Positions 8,180 to 17,064 of a stretch of DNA of 64,000 nt are shown here, piece by piece. The stretch is from an uncultured Dehalococcoidia bacterium (GTDB lineage: Bacteria; Chloroflexota; Dehalococcoidia; DSTF01; JACRBR01): assembly GCA_964599885.1 (NCBI GenBank), contig CAZRHH010000008.1, positions 22,599 to 86,598 on the forward strand, written 5' to 3'. The stretch's first letter is position 1. Each line of letters starts with the position of its first letter. The notes under the pieces were generated by a model. The model saw only the letters and a list, made by a program, of their open reading frames with translations. It made no database searches and was not told where the DNA came from. The position numbers were made by a program, and so were the translations under genes.

Positions 8180-9590
8180 CGCCGGCTCGCCGGATACGCG
8201 CAGGTGCGCCGATCGCCGTCATGCCGTCGGGGACGTCGCGGTTGACGACGGAACCGGCGCCCGTGCGCGCGCCGGCGCCGATGCGCACGGGCGCGACGAG
8301 CATCGTGTCGCTGCCGATGAACGCGCCGTCGCCGATGACTGTCTCGTTCTTGTTGACGCCGTCGTAGTTGGCGGTAATCGTGCCAGCGCCGATGTTCACG
8401 TCGTCGCCGACCTGCGCGTCGCCCAGGTAGCTGAAATGGCCCATCTTCGTGCGCTTACCCAGGCGCGACGCCTTCACCTCGGCGAAGTTGCCGATGTGGG
8501 CACCATCGCTGATGTAAGACGCCGGGCGCAGGTGGCTGTACGGTCCGACATCGATGTCGTTTTCCAGGGTCGACTGTTCGATCATTGAGTAGCGGACGCC
8601 GCAGCGGTCGCCGATGCTGGAGTCGCGCACCAGCGTGCCGGGACCGATGGCGCAGTTCGCGCCGATCGTGGTGCGCCCGAGCAGATGCGTTTGGGGTGCG
8701 ATCGTCGTGTCCGGGGCGATCGCCACGCCAGCATCGATGTAGGTCGACGCGGGATCGATGATCGTCACGCCGGCGAGCATGTGCGCGCAGATGATGCGCT
8801 CCCGCAGTGTGGATTCGGCCTCGGCGAGTTGCACCCGGTCGTTGATGCCGCGAACCTCCGCGGGGTATCCGGCCTCGATGGCGACGCCGGGGTTGCCCTC
8901 ATCGTGCGCCATCGCGGCAAGCAGCGTCAGGTAGCGCTCGCCATTCGACGCGGGCGTGATGCGGTCGAGGTGCGACCAGAGCCACGACGCACGCACGGCG
9001 TACTGGCCGGAGTTGATGTAACGGGACTCGGCGCGGTCGATGCCCTCGGCGCCCTTCGTCTCGACGATGCGCGTGATGTGGTGGCCAGCAAGTTCGAGCA
9101 CGCCGTACGCCTCAACCGGCACTCGCGCCGTGAGCAGCGCGAGATCCGGGATGGCGGCGCTCGTCGAGGTTTCCGACGAGAGCGGCACGAAACCGACGGG
9201 CGCCGTCGCTTCGGTGTCGGGTTCGGCGATCGCGCGCATCAGGCGTTGCAGCGTTGCCGGCAGGATCAGCGGCACGTCGCCGTTCAGAATCAGCACGTGA
9301 TCCGCGGCGCCCGCCACTTCACGGGCACGCGCGACGGCATCGCCCGTGCCCAGCGGTTCCGGCTGCACTGCGAATCGCACGTTGTCGCCGGCGGCGGCGC
9401 GCACTTCATCGGCATCGGCGCCGGCGCCGACAACGACGACGCAATCGTCGACGCCGGCTGCGCGCGCGCACTCGACGACGTGGCGCACGATCGGGCGGCC
9501 GGCAAGCGGATGCGCGACCTTCGCGAGCCGCGAGTGCATGCGCGTCCCCTGACCGGCGGCAAGAATGATGGCCACCCATCGAGGCGTCAT
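8151..9590 (-). CDS. glmU: Bifunctional UDP-N-acetylglucosamine pyrophosphorylase / glucosamine-1-phosphate N-acetyltransferase
   Basis: ORF 8151..9620. LAAGQGTRM nucleotidyltransferase motif, then a long left-handed beta-helix hexapeptide region. Start set at ATG 9590 (MTPRWVAIILAAGQGTRM). The 3' end overlaps the next gene by 29 nt. Confidence 0.93.
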   Translation of the reverse strand: MTPRWVAIILAAGQGTRMHSRLAKVAHPLAGRPIVRHVVECARAAGVDDCVVVVGAGADADEVRAAAGDNVRFAVQPEPLGTGDAVARAREVAGAADHVLILNGDVPLILPATLQRLMRAIAEPDTEATAPVGFVPLSSETSTSAAIPDLALLTARVPVEAYGVLELAGHHITRIVETKGAEGIDRAESRYINSGQYAVRASWLWSHLDRITPASNGERYLTLLAAMAHDEGNPGVAIEAGYPAEVRGINDRVQLAEAESTLRERIICAHMLAGVTIIDPASTYIDAGVAIAPDTTIAPQTHLLGRTTIGANCAIGPGTLVRDSSIGDRCGVRYSMIEQSTLENDIDVGPYSHLRPASYISDGAHIGNFAEVKASRLGKRTKMGHFSYLGDAQVGDDVNIGAGTITANYDGVNKNETVIGDGAFIGSDTMLVAPVRIGAGARTGAGSVVNRDVPDGMTAIGAPARIRRAGGERGESSSE

Positions 9591-9892
9591 GAGAAACGTG
9601 CGCCGTTCAGCGCGCGGCATGACATCGCGTCAAAGGTCAGTGCGAAGGGCTGAGGAGGTTCGTCTGCGTTCGTTCTCAACCGTGGGGGCGGTGCCCACCC
9701 GCATTGCGCGAGTTTCCGGGGCATCAGCCTGCGCAGATCGTATCGACGGCGCGCCGAAGCTGTCAAGCGCGTGATTCCGGAGAGTGTCAACCGCTTCGAG
9801 CATTGGCGGAGGGAGTGCGTCAACGGGTCGGGCGGGCAAGCATACCGGGGCGCACACGTAGGTGCGCCCCTACCGCGTCGCTGTCGCTGCCT

Positions 9893-9927
9893 GGTCCCGT
9901 TTCTCGCCTCCCGCTTCTTGCTTCCCT
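9893..9927 (-). repeat. Tandem heptanucleotide array (G-rich strand is minus: GGGAAGC AAGAAGC GGGAGGC GAGAAAC GGGACC)
   Basis: Five 7-nt units. On the plus strand they read as the pyrimidine-rich run GGTCCCG TTTCTCG CCTCCCG CTTCTTG CTTCCCT, ending 3 nt before alaS ATG 9931. Confidence 0.6.
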
Positions 9928-9930
9928 ACA

Positions 9931-12648
9931 ATGCCCGATATGGATGTCGATCAGATTCGCGAGACATTTCTGCGCTTCTACGAGGAGCGCGGGCATCTCC
10001 GCATCCCGAGCGCGTCGCTGGTGCCGCACGGCGACCCGACGCTGCTCTTCACGGGCGCCGGCATGGTGCCGTTCAAGCCGTACTTCATGGGCCTAGCCGA
10101 GCCGCCCGCGCCACGGATGATGACGTCGCAGAAGTGCTTCCGGACGACGGACATCGAGTTAGTAGGCGACTACAGCCACCTGACGTTCTTCGAGATGCTG
10201 GGCAACTTCAGCGTCGGCGACTACTTCAAAGACGAGGCGATCGCCTGGGCGTGGGAGTTGCTCACGGAGCAATACGGTCTGTCCCCGGACAAGCTCTGGA
10301 TATCGATCTTCCTCACCGATGACGAGGCGTACGAGAAGTGGCGCGCGATTGGCATTCCGGACGAGCGCATCAACCGGTACGACGAGGAGAACAACTACTG
10401 GTTCAGCGGCGATATCGGGCCGTGCGGGCCGAACAGCGAGATCTTCTTCGACCGGGGCGCCCAAACGAAGTGCGAGTTCTGCGCCGCCGGCACGTGCAAG
10501 CCGAATCTAAAGCCGGACTGCGGCCGCTTTCTCGAGATCTGGAACCTCGTCTTCATGACGCTGTACCAGGCCGAAGACGGCACGCGCACGCCGCTGCCGC
10601 GCAACAACATCGACACGGGCTCCGGGCTCGAACGCGTCGCTGTGGTGCTTGAGGGCAAGGAGTCGGTGTACGACACGTCGGTGTTCCAGCCGATCCTTGA
10701 ACGCATCGAGACGCTGACCGGCAAGACGTACGGCGAAGACGCGGCGACGACCGTCGCAATGCGGATCATTGCCGAGCACACGCGCGCGGCCGTGTTTCTG
10801 ATCACTGACGGCGTGATGCCTTCGAACGAAGGGCGCGGTTACGTGCTGCGGCGCATCCTGCGGCGCGGCGTGTACTTTCTGACGCAGCTCGCGGGCGCCA
10901 ACGAAGCCACCCTGCTCGACCGGGTCGCCGAAGCGGTGATCGAGCGCATGGAGCGCGCCCATCCCGACGTACGCGACCGCGCGGAGTTCACGCTGCGCCT
11001 GCTTGCGGCCGAAGAAGCGAAGTTCCGCGAGACGCTCGAACGCGGGCGGGTGCATCTCGATAGCATGCTGGCGGACGCCACGAGCACCAAGACGATCAAC
11101 GGGAAGCAGGCGTTCATGCTGTACGACACGTACGGTTATCCGCTCGAACTGACGCAGGAGATCGCCGCGCGGCAGGGGATCGACGTAGATCTCGCGGGTT
11201 TCGAGCGCGAAATGAAGGCGCAGCGCGAGCGCGGACGCGCGGCGGCGAAGTTCGAGATCGACGCCGACCGGACGGCCGCGTACACGACACTCGCGCACGT
11301 GCGCTCGAAGTTCGTCGGCTACACGACGACGGAGCACGATACGACGATCGCCGCGATCATCGCACGACGCGTTCCGGGCACCCTGCCAATAGGGCCAGCG
11401 GGCGTCGTCGAGAGCGCCGTGGAAGGCGACGACGTGGAGGTGGTGCTGTTCGAGACGCCGTTCTATCCCGAGGGCGGCGGGCAGGTCGGCGATGACGGCA
11501 CCATCACGACGCCGGACGGACGTATCGCCGTCGACGACACACAGGCGCCGGCGGAGGGGCTGATCGTGCATCGCGGTCTCGTCGTTGCCGGCCGCATCGC
11601 CGTGAACGATGCTGCGCACGCCAGCGTCGATACGGTGCCGCGGCGGGCGAGCCAGCGCAATCACACGGCGACGCATCTGCTGCACGCCGCGCTGCGCGAA
11701 GTCATCGGCACGCATGTGCGGCAGGCGGGCTCGCTTGTCGCGCCGGGACGCCTACGGTTCGACTTCACGCACATCGAGGCGACCAAGCCGGACGAGATCG
11801 GCGCCGTCCAGCGGCTCGTGAACGAGAAGATCCGCGACGACATCGAGGTGCACTGGGAAGAGCAGCCCTACGATGATGCGCTGGCCGGCGGCGCGATGGC
11901 GCTCTTCGGCGAAAAGTACACGACGAGCGTGCGCGTCGTCGGCATTTGCGAACCATCCGGACATAACGACGTACCGTCAGCGGAGCGCTGCTTCAGCAAA
12001 GAATTGTGCGGCGGGACGCACGTTCACCGGACGGGCGAGATCGGTACGTTCGTCATCGCCAGCGAGGGCAGCGTGGGTTCCGGGGTCCGGCGCATCGAAG
12101 CACTGACGGGCGCGCTGGCCGACGCGTACATCATCGAGCAGCAGGCAACGCTTGCGCGGCTCGGCCGGCGCTTGAACGCGCAGCCGCGCGAGATTGAGCA
12201 GCGGATCGAAGCGCTGCAAACGGAACTTGAGAACGAGCGCCGGCGCGCGCAGCAGTTCGAGCGGCAAGCCGGCCGCGCCGAAGTGGACACGCTCGTCGAT
12301 GCGGCCGAACGCATCGACGGCACGGCGGTGATCGTCGCGCGGGTGCCGGCGGAGAGTACGGAGGCGATGCGCGAGATGGGCGACGTGCTGCGTGAGAAGC
12401 TCGGCAGCGCTGTCATCGTTCTCGGGGCGGTGGTGGACGAACGGCCAGGTTTTCTCGCGATGGTGACGAAAGACTTATCGGGCCGCGTACACGCCGGCAA
12501 CATGATCAAGCAGATTGCCGCGGTGACGGGGGGCGGCGGCGGCGGACGGCCGGATATGGCGCAGGCCGGCGGGAAAGACGCAGCGAAGATCGACGAAGCG
12601 CTCGAACTGGCGCGCGGGCTCGCGAGGGAATCCCTCGCCAGGCGCTGA
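9931..12648 (+). CDS. alaS: Alanine--tRNA ligase
   Basis: ORF 9862..12648. Motifs: FTGAGMVPFKPYF, GPCGPNSEIF, editing-domain HTATHLLH, and C-terminal GGGGGRPDMAQAGG (DHHA1). Start at ATG 9931 or 9940 (MDVDQIRETFLRFYEERGH). The track's GTG 9862 sits inside a leader hairpin. Confidence 0.97.
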   Translation: MPDMDVDQIRETFLRFYEERGHLRIPSASLVPHGDPTLLFTGAGMVPFKPYFMGLAEPPAPRMMTSQKCFRTTDIELVGDYSHLTFFEMLGNFSVGDYFKDEAIAWAWELLTEQYGLSPDKLWISIFLTDDEAYEKWRAIGIPDERINRYDEENNYWFSGDIGPCGPNSEIFFDRGAQTKCEFCAAGTCKPNLKPDCGRFLEIWNLVFMTLYQAEDGTRTPLPRNNIDTGSGLERVAVVLEGKESVYDTSVFQPILERIETLTGKTYGEDAATTVAMRIIAEHTRAAVFLITDGVMPSNEGRGYVLRRILRRGVYFLTQLAGANEATLLDRVAEAVIERMERAHPDVRDRAEFTLRLLAAEEAKFRETLERGRVHLDSMLADATSTKTINGKQAFMLYDTYGYPLELTQEIAARQGIDVDLAGFEREMKAQRERGRAAAKFEIDADRTAAYTTLAHVRSKFVGYTTTEHDTTIAAIIARRVPGTLPIGPAGVVESAVEGDDVEVVLFETPFYPEGGGQVGDDGTITTPDGRIAVDDTQAPAEGLIVHRGLVVAGRIAVNDAAHASVDTVPRRASQRNHTATHLLHAALREVIGTHVRQAGSLVAPGRLRFDFTHIEATKPDEIGAVQRLVNEKIRDDIEVHWEEQPYDDALAGGAMALFGEKYTTSVRVVGICEPSGHNDVPSAERCFSKELCGGTHVHRTGEIGTFVIASEGSVGSGVRRIEALTGALADAYIIEQQATLARLGRRLNAQPREIEQRIEALQTELENERRRAQQFERQAGRAEVDTLVDAAERIDGTAVIVARVPAESTEAMREMGDVLREKLGSAVIVLGAVVDERPGFLAMVTKDLSGRVHAGNMIKQIAAVTGGGGGGRPDMAQAGGKDAAKIDEALELARGLARESLARR

Positions 12649-12649
12649 G

Positions 12650-13087
12650 ATGCACGTTGGAGCGGCAGAGGCGCCCGCGCGCATGCTCGGGCTGGACGTG
12701 GGGGAGCGACGCATCGGCGTCGCCGTGAATGAAGGACGCATGGCCGTGCCGCTGGCGATCATCGAGCACACGAACCGCGCGGCCGACATCGACCGCATCC
12801 TCGCGCTTGCCGGCGCCGAGCGCGCGTCGGCGATCGTCGTCGGGCTGCCGCTGAGCATGTCGGGTGCGGACAGCGAGCAGACGCGGCTCACACGGAAATT
12901 CGCGGCGGATCTGGAAGCGGCAACAGAGCTACCGGTGATCTGGCAGGACGAGCGGCTATCGACGGCGTCCGTGCGGCTCGCTGACCAGCCGCGTACGAAG
13001 ACAACGCGCTCGAAGCCGCGCATCGACGATCTCGCGGCGGCCGTGATCCTGCAGTCGTACATCGACAGGCTGGCGACCGCGTCTTGA
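12650..13087 (+). CDS. ruvX: Putative pre-16S rRNA nuclease / Holliday-junction-resolvase-like YqgF
   Basis: 145-aa ORF. MLGLDVGERRIGVAV is the RNase H-like N-terminal motif, followed by IVVGLPLSMSG. The start may be ATG 12683 instead of 12650. Confidence 0.88.
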   Translation: MHVGAAEAPARMLGLDVGERRIGVAVNEGRMAVPLAIIEHTNRAADIDRILALAGAERASAIVVGLPLSMSGADSEQTRLTRKFAADLEAATELPVIWQDERLSTASVRLADQPRTKTTRSKPRIDDLAAAVILQSYIDRLATAS

Positions 13088-14142
13088 TGGCACAACGCGT
13101 CGTGACGGCGATGGCGCTGCTGGCCACGCTTGCTGCCGCCGTCGCGGTCGGCTGGTTCGTATACCAGACGCCGGGTGCGATCGCCGATGGGGCGGAACCT
13201 GCCCGCATCGAGCCGTTGCCATCGGGCGGCGATGCCGTGGTGTACACGATCGAAGGCGGCGCCAGCGCCAACGCGATCGGCGCCGATTTGGAAGCGCAAG
13301 GCGTCATTCGCAGCGCGCGGCACTTCGAGGTGCTGGTCGGGCTGACGGGCCTGCAGAACGCACTCGAAGCCGGCGAGTACGAGTTCGAACGGGGCATGCC
13401 GGCGATCACTGTCGTCCGACGGATCGCGTCGGGCCGGACCGTCTCGCAGCAGGTGACGTTTCCCGAAGGCACGCGCGTCGAGGAGATGGCGCAACTGCTC
13501 GACACGGAGGGCGTCGTCACGGTCGAGGCGTTTATGGCGGCGCTGGTGAAATCGCAGTACGACTTCCCGTTTTTGCAGCAGTTCGACGCCGAGAGCTTGC
13601 AGGGATACGTGTTTCCGGCCGGTTACGAGTTCGCGCGCGAAACGACGGCCGAACAGGTGGTCGCCACGATGCTGCTCGGCTTTCAGGACAACGTCGCGGA
13701 CGTGATCCAGCTCGAGGGGCAGGCGCTGACGCTGCCGGAAGTGATCACGCTCGCCGCGATCGTCGAGCGGGAGGCAGTGGCGGCGGAGGAGAGGCCGATT
13801 ATCGCGGGCGTGTTTCTCAACCGGCTGCGGTCCGGCATCCCGCTGCAAGCGGATCCGACGGTGCAATACGCCGTGGCGCAGGATCCGGCGAGCGTCGAAC
13901 AGTATGGCTATTGGAAGCAGGGCCTGACGCTCGATGATCTCAAGATCGACTCGCCGTACAATACCTACGTCTACGCCGGCCTGCCGCCGGGGCCGATCGC
14001 CAACCCCGGGTTCGATTCGATCCAGGCGGTCGTGCGGCCGGCGGTGACGGAGTTTTTGTTCTTCGTCTCCAAGAACGACGGCACGCACGTGTTCGCCGAG
14101 ACGCTGGAAGAGCATCTGGCAAACGTCGAGATCTACCAATGA
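13087..14142 (+). CDS. mltG: Endolytic murein transglycosylase MltG (YceG family)
   Basis: N-terminal TM segment. Motifs LASIVEREA-like (AAIVEREAV), ADPTVQYA and SPYNTYVYAGLPPGPIANPG. ATG 13087 overlaps the ruvX stop (TGATG). Confidence 0.9.
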   Translation: MAQRVVTAMALLATLAAAVAVGWFVYQTPGAIADGAEPARIEPLPSGGDAVVYTIEGGASANAIGADLEAQGVIRSARHFEVLVGLTGLQNALEAGEYEFERGMPAITVVRRIASGRTVSQQVTFPEGTRVEEMAQLLDTEGVVTVEAFMAALVKSQYDFPFLQQFDAESLQGYVFPAGYEFARETTAEQVVATMLLGFQDNVADVIQLEGQALTLPEVITLAAIVEREAVAAEERPIIAGVFLNRLRSGIPLQADPTVQYAVAQDPASVEQYGYWKQGLTLDDLKIDSPYNTYVYAGLPPGPIANPGFDSIQAVVRPAVTEFLFFVSKNDGTHVFAETLEEHLANVEIYQ

Positions 14143-15035
14143 GGCTGCGTAGAACCCAGAACCTAGAGGAGCTGACGGTGAGCAAGCGCGCGGGAGTCAT
14201 CGGGCATCCGGTTGGACATTCGATCAGCCCGGCGTTGTTCGGTGCGGCCTTTGCCGCCGCCGGCATCGATGCCAGCTACGAGGCTTGGGACACGCCCGAA
14301 GGCACGCTCGAAGGCCGCGTGGATTCGTTGCGCGGCGGCGACTACCTCGGCGCGAGCGTAACGATTCCGCACAAGATCGACATCGTGCCGCTGCTCGACG
14401 GCACGAGCGAAACGGCGACGAGGGCCGCTGCCGTCAACACGGTCGTACACGAAGACGGCAAGCTGATCGGCCACAACACCGACGTCGCGGGCTTCGCGCG
14501 TTCGCTGCGCGAGGACGCCGGATTCGATGCCAAGGGCAAGCACACGATGCTGCTGGGCGCAGGCGGCGCGGCGCGCGCTGTGGCGCTGGCGCTGATCGAA
14601 GCGGGCGCGAGCGTCGTCTTTCTCATGGGCCGTAATCCGAAGCGCGTCGAACGCACGTCGTTGGCGCTGAAGCCGCTCACGCCCTCCGGCACGACGATCA
14701 CCTGGGCGTACTGGAACGACGGCTCGTTTCTGCGCAGCATGGCCGAAGCCGACCTCATCGTTAACTGCACGCCGATCGGCATGGCGGGCGGGGACAAGGC
14801 AGGCGAATCGCCCGTCAATGCGGCGCTCATCCAGCCGAAGACGACGTTTTTCGACCTCGTCTACAACCCCGTCGAGACGCCGCTCGTGCGGGATGCGCGC
14901 TCACGGGGCGCGAAGGCGTACTCGGGCATGGGGATGCTCGTCTACCAGGCAGCGGAGTCCTTCAAGCTGTGGACCGGGCGCGACGCCGACACGGCAGTGA
15001 TGCTGGACGCCGCGCGCAAAGCGCTCGGTGCGTAG
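14139..15035 (+). CDS. aroE: Shikimate dehydrogenase
   Basis: Motifs GHSISP, SVTIPHK, NTDVAGF and LLGAGGAARAVALAL. The ATG overlaps the mltG stop (ATGA). Confidence 0.9.
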   Translation: MRLRRTQNLEELTVSKRAGVIGHPVGHSISPALFGAAFAAAGIDASYEAWDTPEGTLEGRVDSLRGGDYLGASVTIPHKIDIVPLLDGTSETATRAAAVNTVVHEDGKLIGHNTDVAGFARSLREDAGFDAKGKHTMLLGAGGAARAVALALIEAGASVVFLMGRNPKRVERTSLALKPLTPSGTTITWAYWNDGSFLRSMAEADLIVNCTPIGMAGGDKAGESPVNAALIQPKTTFFDLVYNPVETPLVRDARSRGAKAYSGMGMLVYQAAESFKLWTGRDADTAVMLDAARKALGA

Positions 15036-15062
15036 CTGACGCGCGTCCCGCATACTGTTGCC

Positions 15063-15713
15063 ATGGATAACTACGGTCTCGTCTTCGCCGTGGGCATCGT
15101 GCTGGTGATCTTTCTGATCGTCGGTTACGTGGTGATTCAGGGCACGCGCGTGCAGCTTGCCTGGCGCGATCGCGTCGAAGCGGGCGATGTGGGCGTGATC
15201 CGCACACTCGTCGGCGATGAGGTAGACCGCTGGAAAACGGCGCGCATGCCGAAGGGCACCGACGCCAGTGTCTGGCACGCCGTCCAAAGCGCCGAGCTGA
15301 TCGACGTGCAGCCAGACGGCGTACGGTTGAGCGCGATCGCCGAGGGTCACTACGCATCGGTTGCCGGCGAGCGACGCGAGGTGACGAACGCGCTCGGCGA
15401 CGGCATGAGGGTGACGGCGCGGCTCATCGACATGATCATGTACGACAACCCGAACGTGAAACTCGACAAGGTGCAGGTCGACATCTACAGCACGTTCCGC
15501 GACGAGCAGGGCGCCACGCAGCGCTGCATCCTCACCACGGCGACCAGCCGCGAGACGGCGAATACGATCGATTGGGACGAGGACGACGCCGAGGAGATCG
15601 TGCGCACATTCGGCGGGCGGTACGCTATGGACGATCGCGGCAACGCAATGCCGATCGCGGTCGATGCACCGGCTCCGGCGAGCGTACCCGCCGCGTTCTA
15701 CAAGGACGAATGA
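15063..15713 (+). CDS. Hypothetical single-pass membrane protein inserted between aroE and aroC
   Basis: 216-aa ORF. N-terminal TM segment LVFAVGIVLVIFLIVGYVVI. I recognise no domain. Its stop overlaps the aroC start (ATGA), and codon usage looks native. Confidence 0.6.
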   Translation: MDNYGLVFAVGIVLVIFLIVGYVVIQGTRVQLAWRDRVEAGDVGVIRTLVGDEVDRWKTARMPKGTDASVWHAVQSAELIDVQPDGVRLSAIAEGHYASVAGERREVTNALGDGMRVTARLIDMIMYDNPNVKLDKVQVDIYSTFRDEQGATQRCILTTATSRETANTIDWDEDDAEEIVRTFGGRYAMDDRGNAMPIAVDAPAPASVPAAFYKDE

Positions 15714-16885
15714 CCGTGCTGAGATTCCTCACCGCCGGCGAGTCACACGGCAAAGGTTTGACGGTCATCCTCGAAGGCATCCCGGCGGGACTGCCGCTGT
15801 CCGAGGACTACATCCAGATCGATCTGGGGCGACGCCAGAAAGGCTACGGCCGCGGCCGCCGTCAGAAGATTGAGCAAGACCGCGCGGAGATCATGTCCGG
15901 CGTGCGGCACGGCAAGACGCTTGGCAGCCCGATCGCGCTGTGGGTGCAGAACCGCGACTGGGTGAACTGGACTGAAGCGATGTCCGTCGACCCGGTTGAA
16001 GGCGACGTCGAGAAGATCACGAAGCTACGGCCCGGCCACGCCGATCTCGCGGGCACGGTGAAGTACGACTTCGACGACGTGCGCCCGATCCTTGAACGCG
16101 CGAGCGCGCGCGAGACGGCGGCGCGCGTGGCGGTCGGCGGCGTCTGCAAGCGTTTCCTCGAAGAGTTCGGCATCGGCTTCCACAGCCAGACCGTGCAGAT
16201 TGGCGACATCGACGCCGACATCCCGGCAGAGATCGACTGGGATGCCGTCGAAGAGTCGGAGGTGCGCTGCGCGAGCGTCGCCAGCGGTGACGCGATGATC
16301 GCGGCGATCGATGCGGCGCGGAACGCGGGCGACACGCTCGGCGGCGTCGTGGAGGGGCGTGTCGAAGGCGTGCCGATCGGCCTTGGCAGCCACGTGCATT
16401 GGGACCGCAAGATCGACGGGCGGCTGGCGCAGGCGCTGATGAGCATCCACAGCGTGAAGGGCGTCGAGATCGGCGGCGGGTTCGCGCTCACGCGCAAGAC
16501 GGGCTCGCACGTCCACGACGTGATCCTGCCACGCGATCAGTGGACGACGGGACCGTGGCAGCGTGCATCGAACAATGCGGGCGGCACCGAGGGCGGCATC
16601 ACGGATGGTCAGGCGATCACCGTGCGTGTGGCGCTGAAGCCGATCGCCACGCTGCCGCGCTCGCTGCCATCCGCCGATCTGCTCACGGGTGAGGCGATCG
16701 AGGCGCACTACGAACGCAGCGACGTCTGCGTCGTACCGGCCGCCGGCGTCATCGTCGAGACGATGTGCGCGATCGTGCTGGCGACGGCGGCGCTCGAGAA
16801 GTTCGGCGGCGACAACATGAGCGAAACGCTGCGCAACTTCCAGGCGTTCCAGGCGACGACCGGGCCGCGCGACCTGCGGGAGTAG
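15710..16885 (+). CDS. aroC: Chorismate synthase
   Basis: ORF 15572..16885. Start set at ATG 15710 (MTVLRFLTAGESHGKGL). RPGHADL and the C-terminal flavin-binding region are present. Confidence 0.95.
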   Translation: MTVLRFLTAGESHGKGLTVILEGIPAGLPLSEDYIQIDLGRRQKGYGRGRRQKIEQDRAEIMSGVRHGKTLGSPIALWVQNRDWVNWTEAMSVDPVEGDVEKITKLRPGHADLAGTVKYDFDDVRPILERASARETAARVAVGGVCKRFLEEFGIGFHSQTVQIGDIDADIPAEIDWDAVEESEVRCASVASGDAMIAAIDAARNAGDTLGGVVEGRVEGVPIGLGSHVHWDRKIDGRLAQALMSIHSVKGVEIGGGFALTRKTGSHVHDVILPRDQWTTGPWQRASNNAGGTEGGITDGQAITVRVALKPIATLPRSLPSADLLTGEAIEAHYERSDVCVVPAAGVIVETMCAIVLATAALEKFGGDNMSETLRNFQAFQATTGPRDLRE

Positions 16886-16890
16886 GGTTT

Positions 16891-16918
16891 CGGAAGTCAG
16901 AGGTCGGAGGTCGGACCG
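16891..16918 (+). repeat. Tandem heptanucleotide array CGGAAGT CAGAGGT CGGAGGT CGGACCG
   Basis: Four 7-nt units starting 6 nt after the aroC stop. The copy at 54078 is near-identical in design. Confidence 0.55.
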
Positions 16919-17064
16919 CCACCTCCGGACAGTCTCGATCGGTGGTTGCAGAGCCCGTAGCACGCCGCACTGACTTCGTTTGCCACAACACGAACATGAC
17001 ATTTTCACGGAGTTGCAACGCGATCCGGCATACGCTGGCGTAGTTGAGCTGCGAAGGAGGATGC

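Noticed and set aside
9621-9930. T-box riboswitch upstream of alaS: GGAGAGTG (AGAGA-like) at about 9777-9786 and UACCGCG after the 9847-9870 hairpin.
   Set aside because: The T-box core needs GGGUGGNACCGCG, with UGGN to pair with the tRNA NCCA end. Here only the last 7 nt (UACCGCG) match. No convincing stem I, specifier loop or antiterminator/terminator alternative could be drawn.
12475-14139. Very long ORFs on the opposite strand of recognised genes. Examples: 12475..14139 (-), 18878..20788 (-), 24834..26096 (-), 58269..60026 (+), 42594..43901 (+), 10507..11715 (-), 16025..17287 (-), 26897..28000 (+), 28068..29303 (-), 31959..33095 (+), 33526..34656 (+), 37065..37952 (-), 39283..40353 (+), 46326..47519 (-), 61046..62266 (-), 192..1313 (+), 62969..63913 (-).
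   Set aside because: All have Arg/Asp/His/Gly-rich low-complexity translations with no motifs. Each lies exactly antisense to a gene with clear family signatures. This is the usual stop-codon-poor antisense frame of high-GC DNA.
15572-15709. N-terminal extensions given by the ORF track. Examples: 15572-15709 aroC, 35331-35606 degV, 49938-50174 and 50770-50883 ACD subunits, 52028-52315 VOC, 27741-27866 crotonase, 58294-58398 argH, 5284-5520 dprA, 60841-60987 HAD, 36660-36815 secreted protein.
   Set aside because: The extensions are Arg/Ser-rich and overlap the preceding gene in another frame. They precede an internal start that restores the conserved family N-terminus, usually with a GGAGG-type RBS or an ATGA/GTGA overlap.
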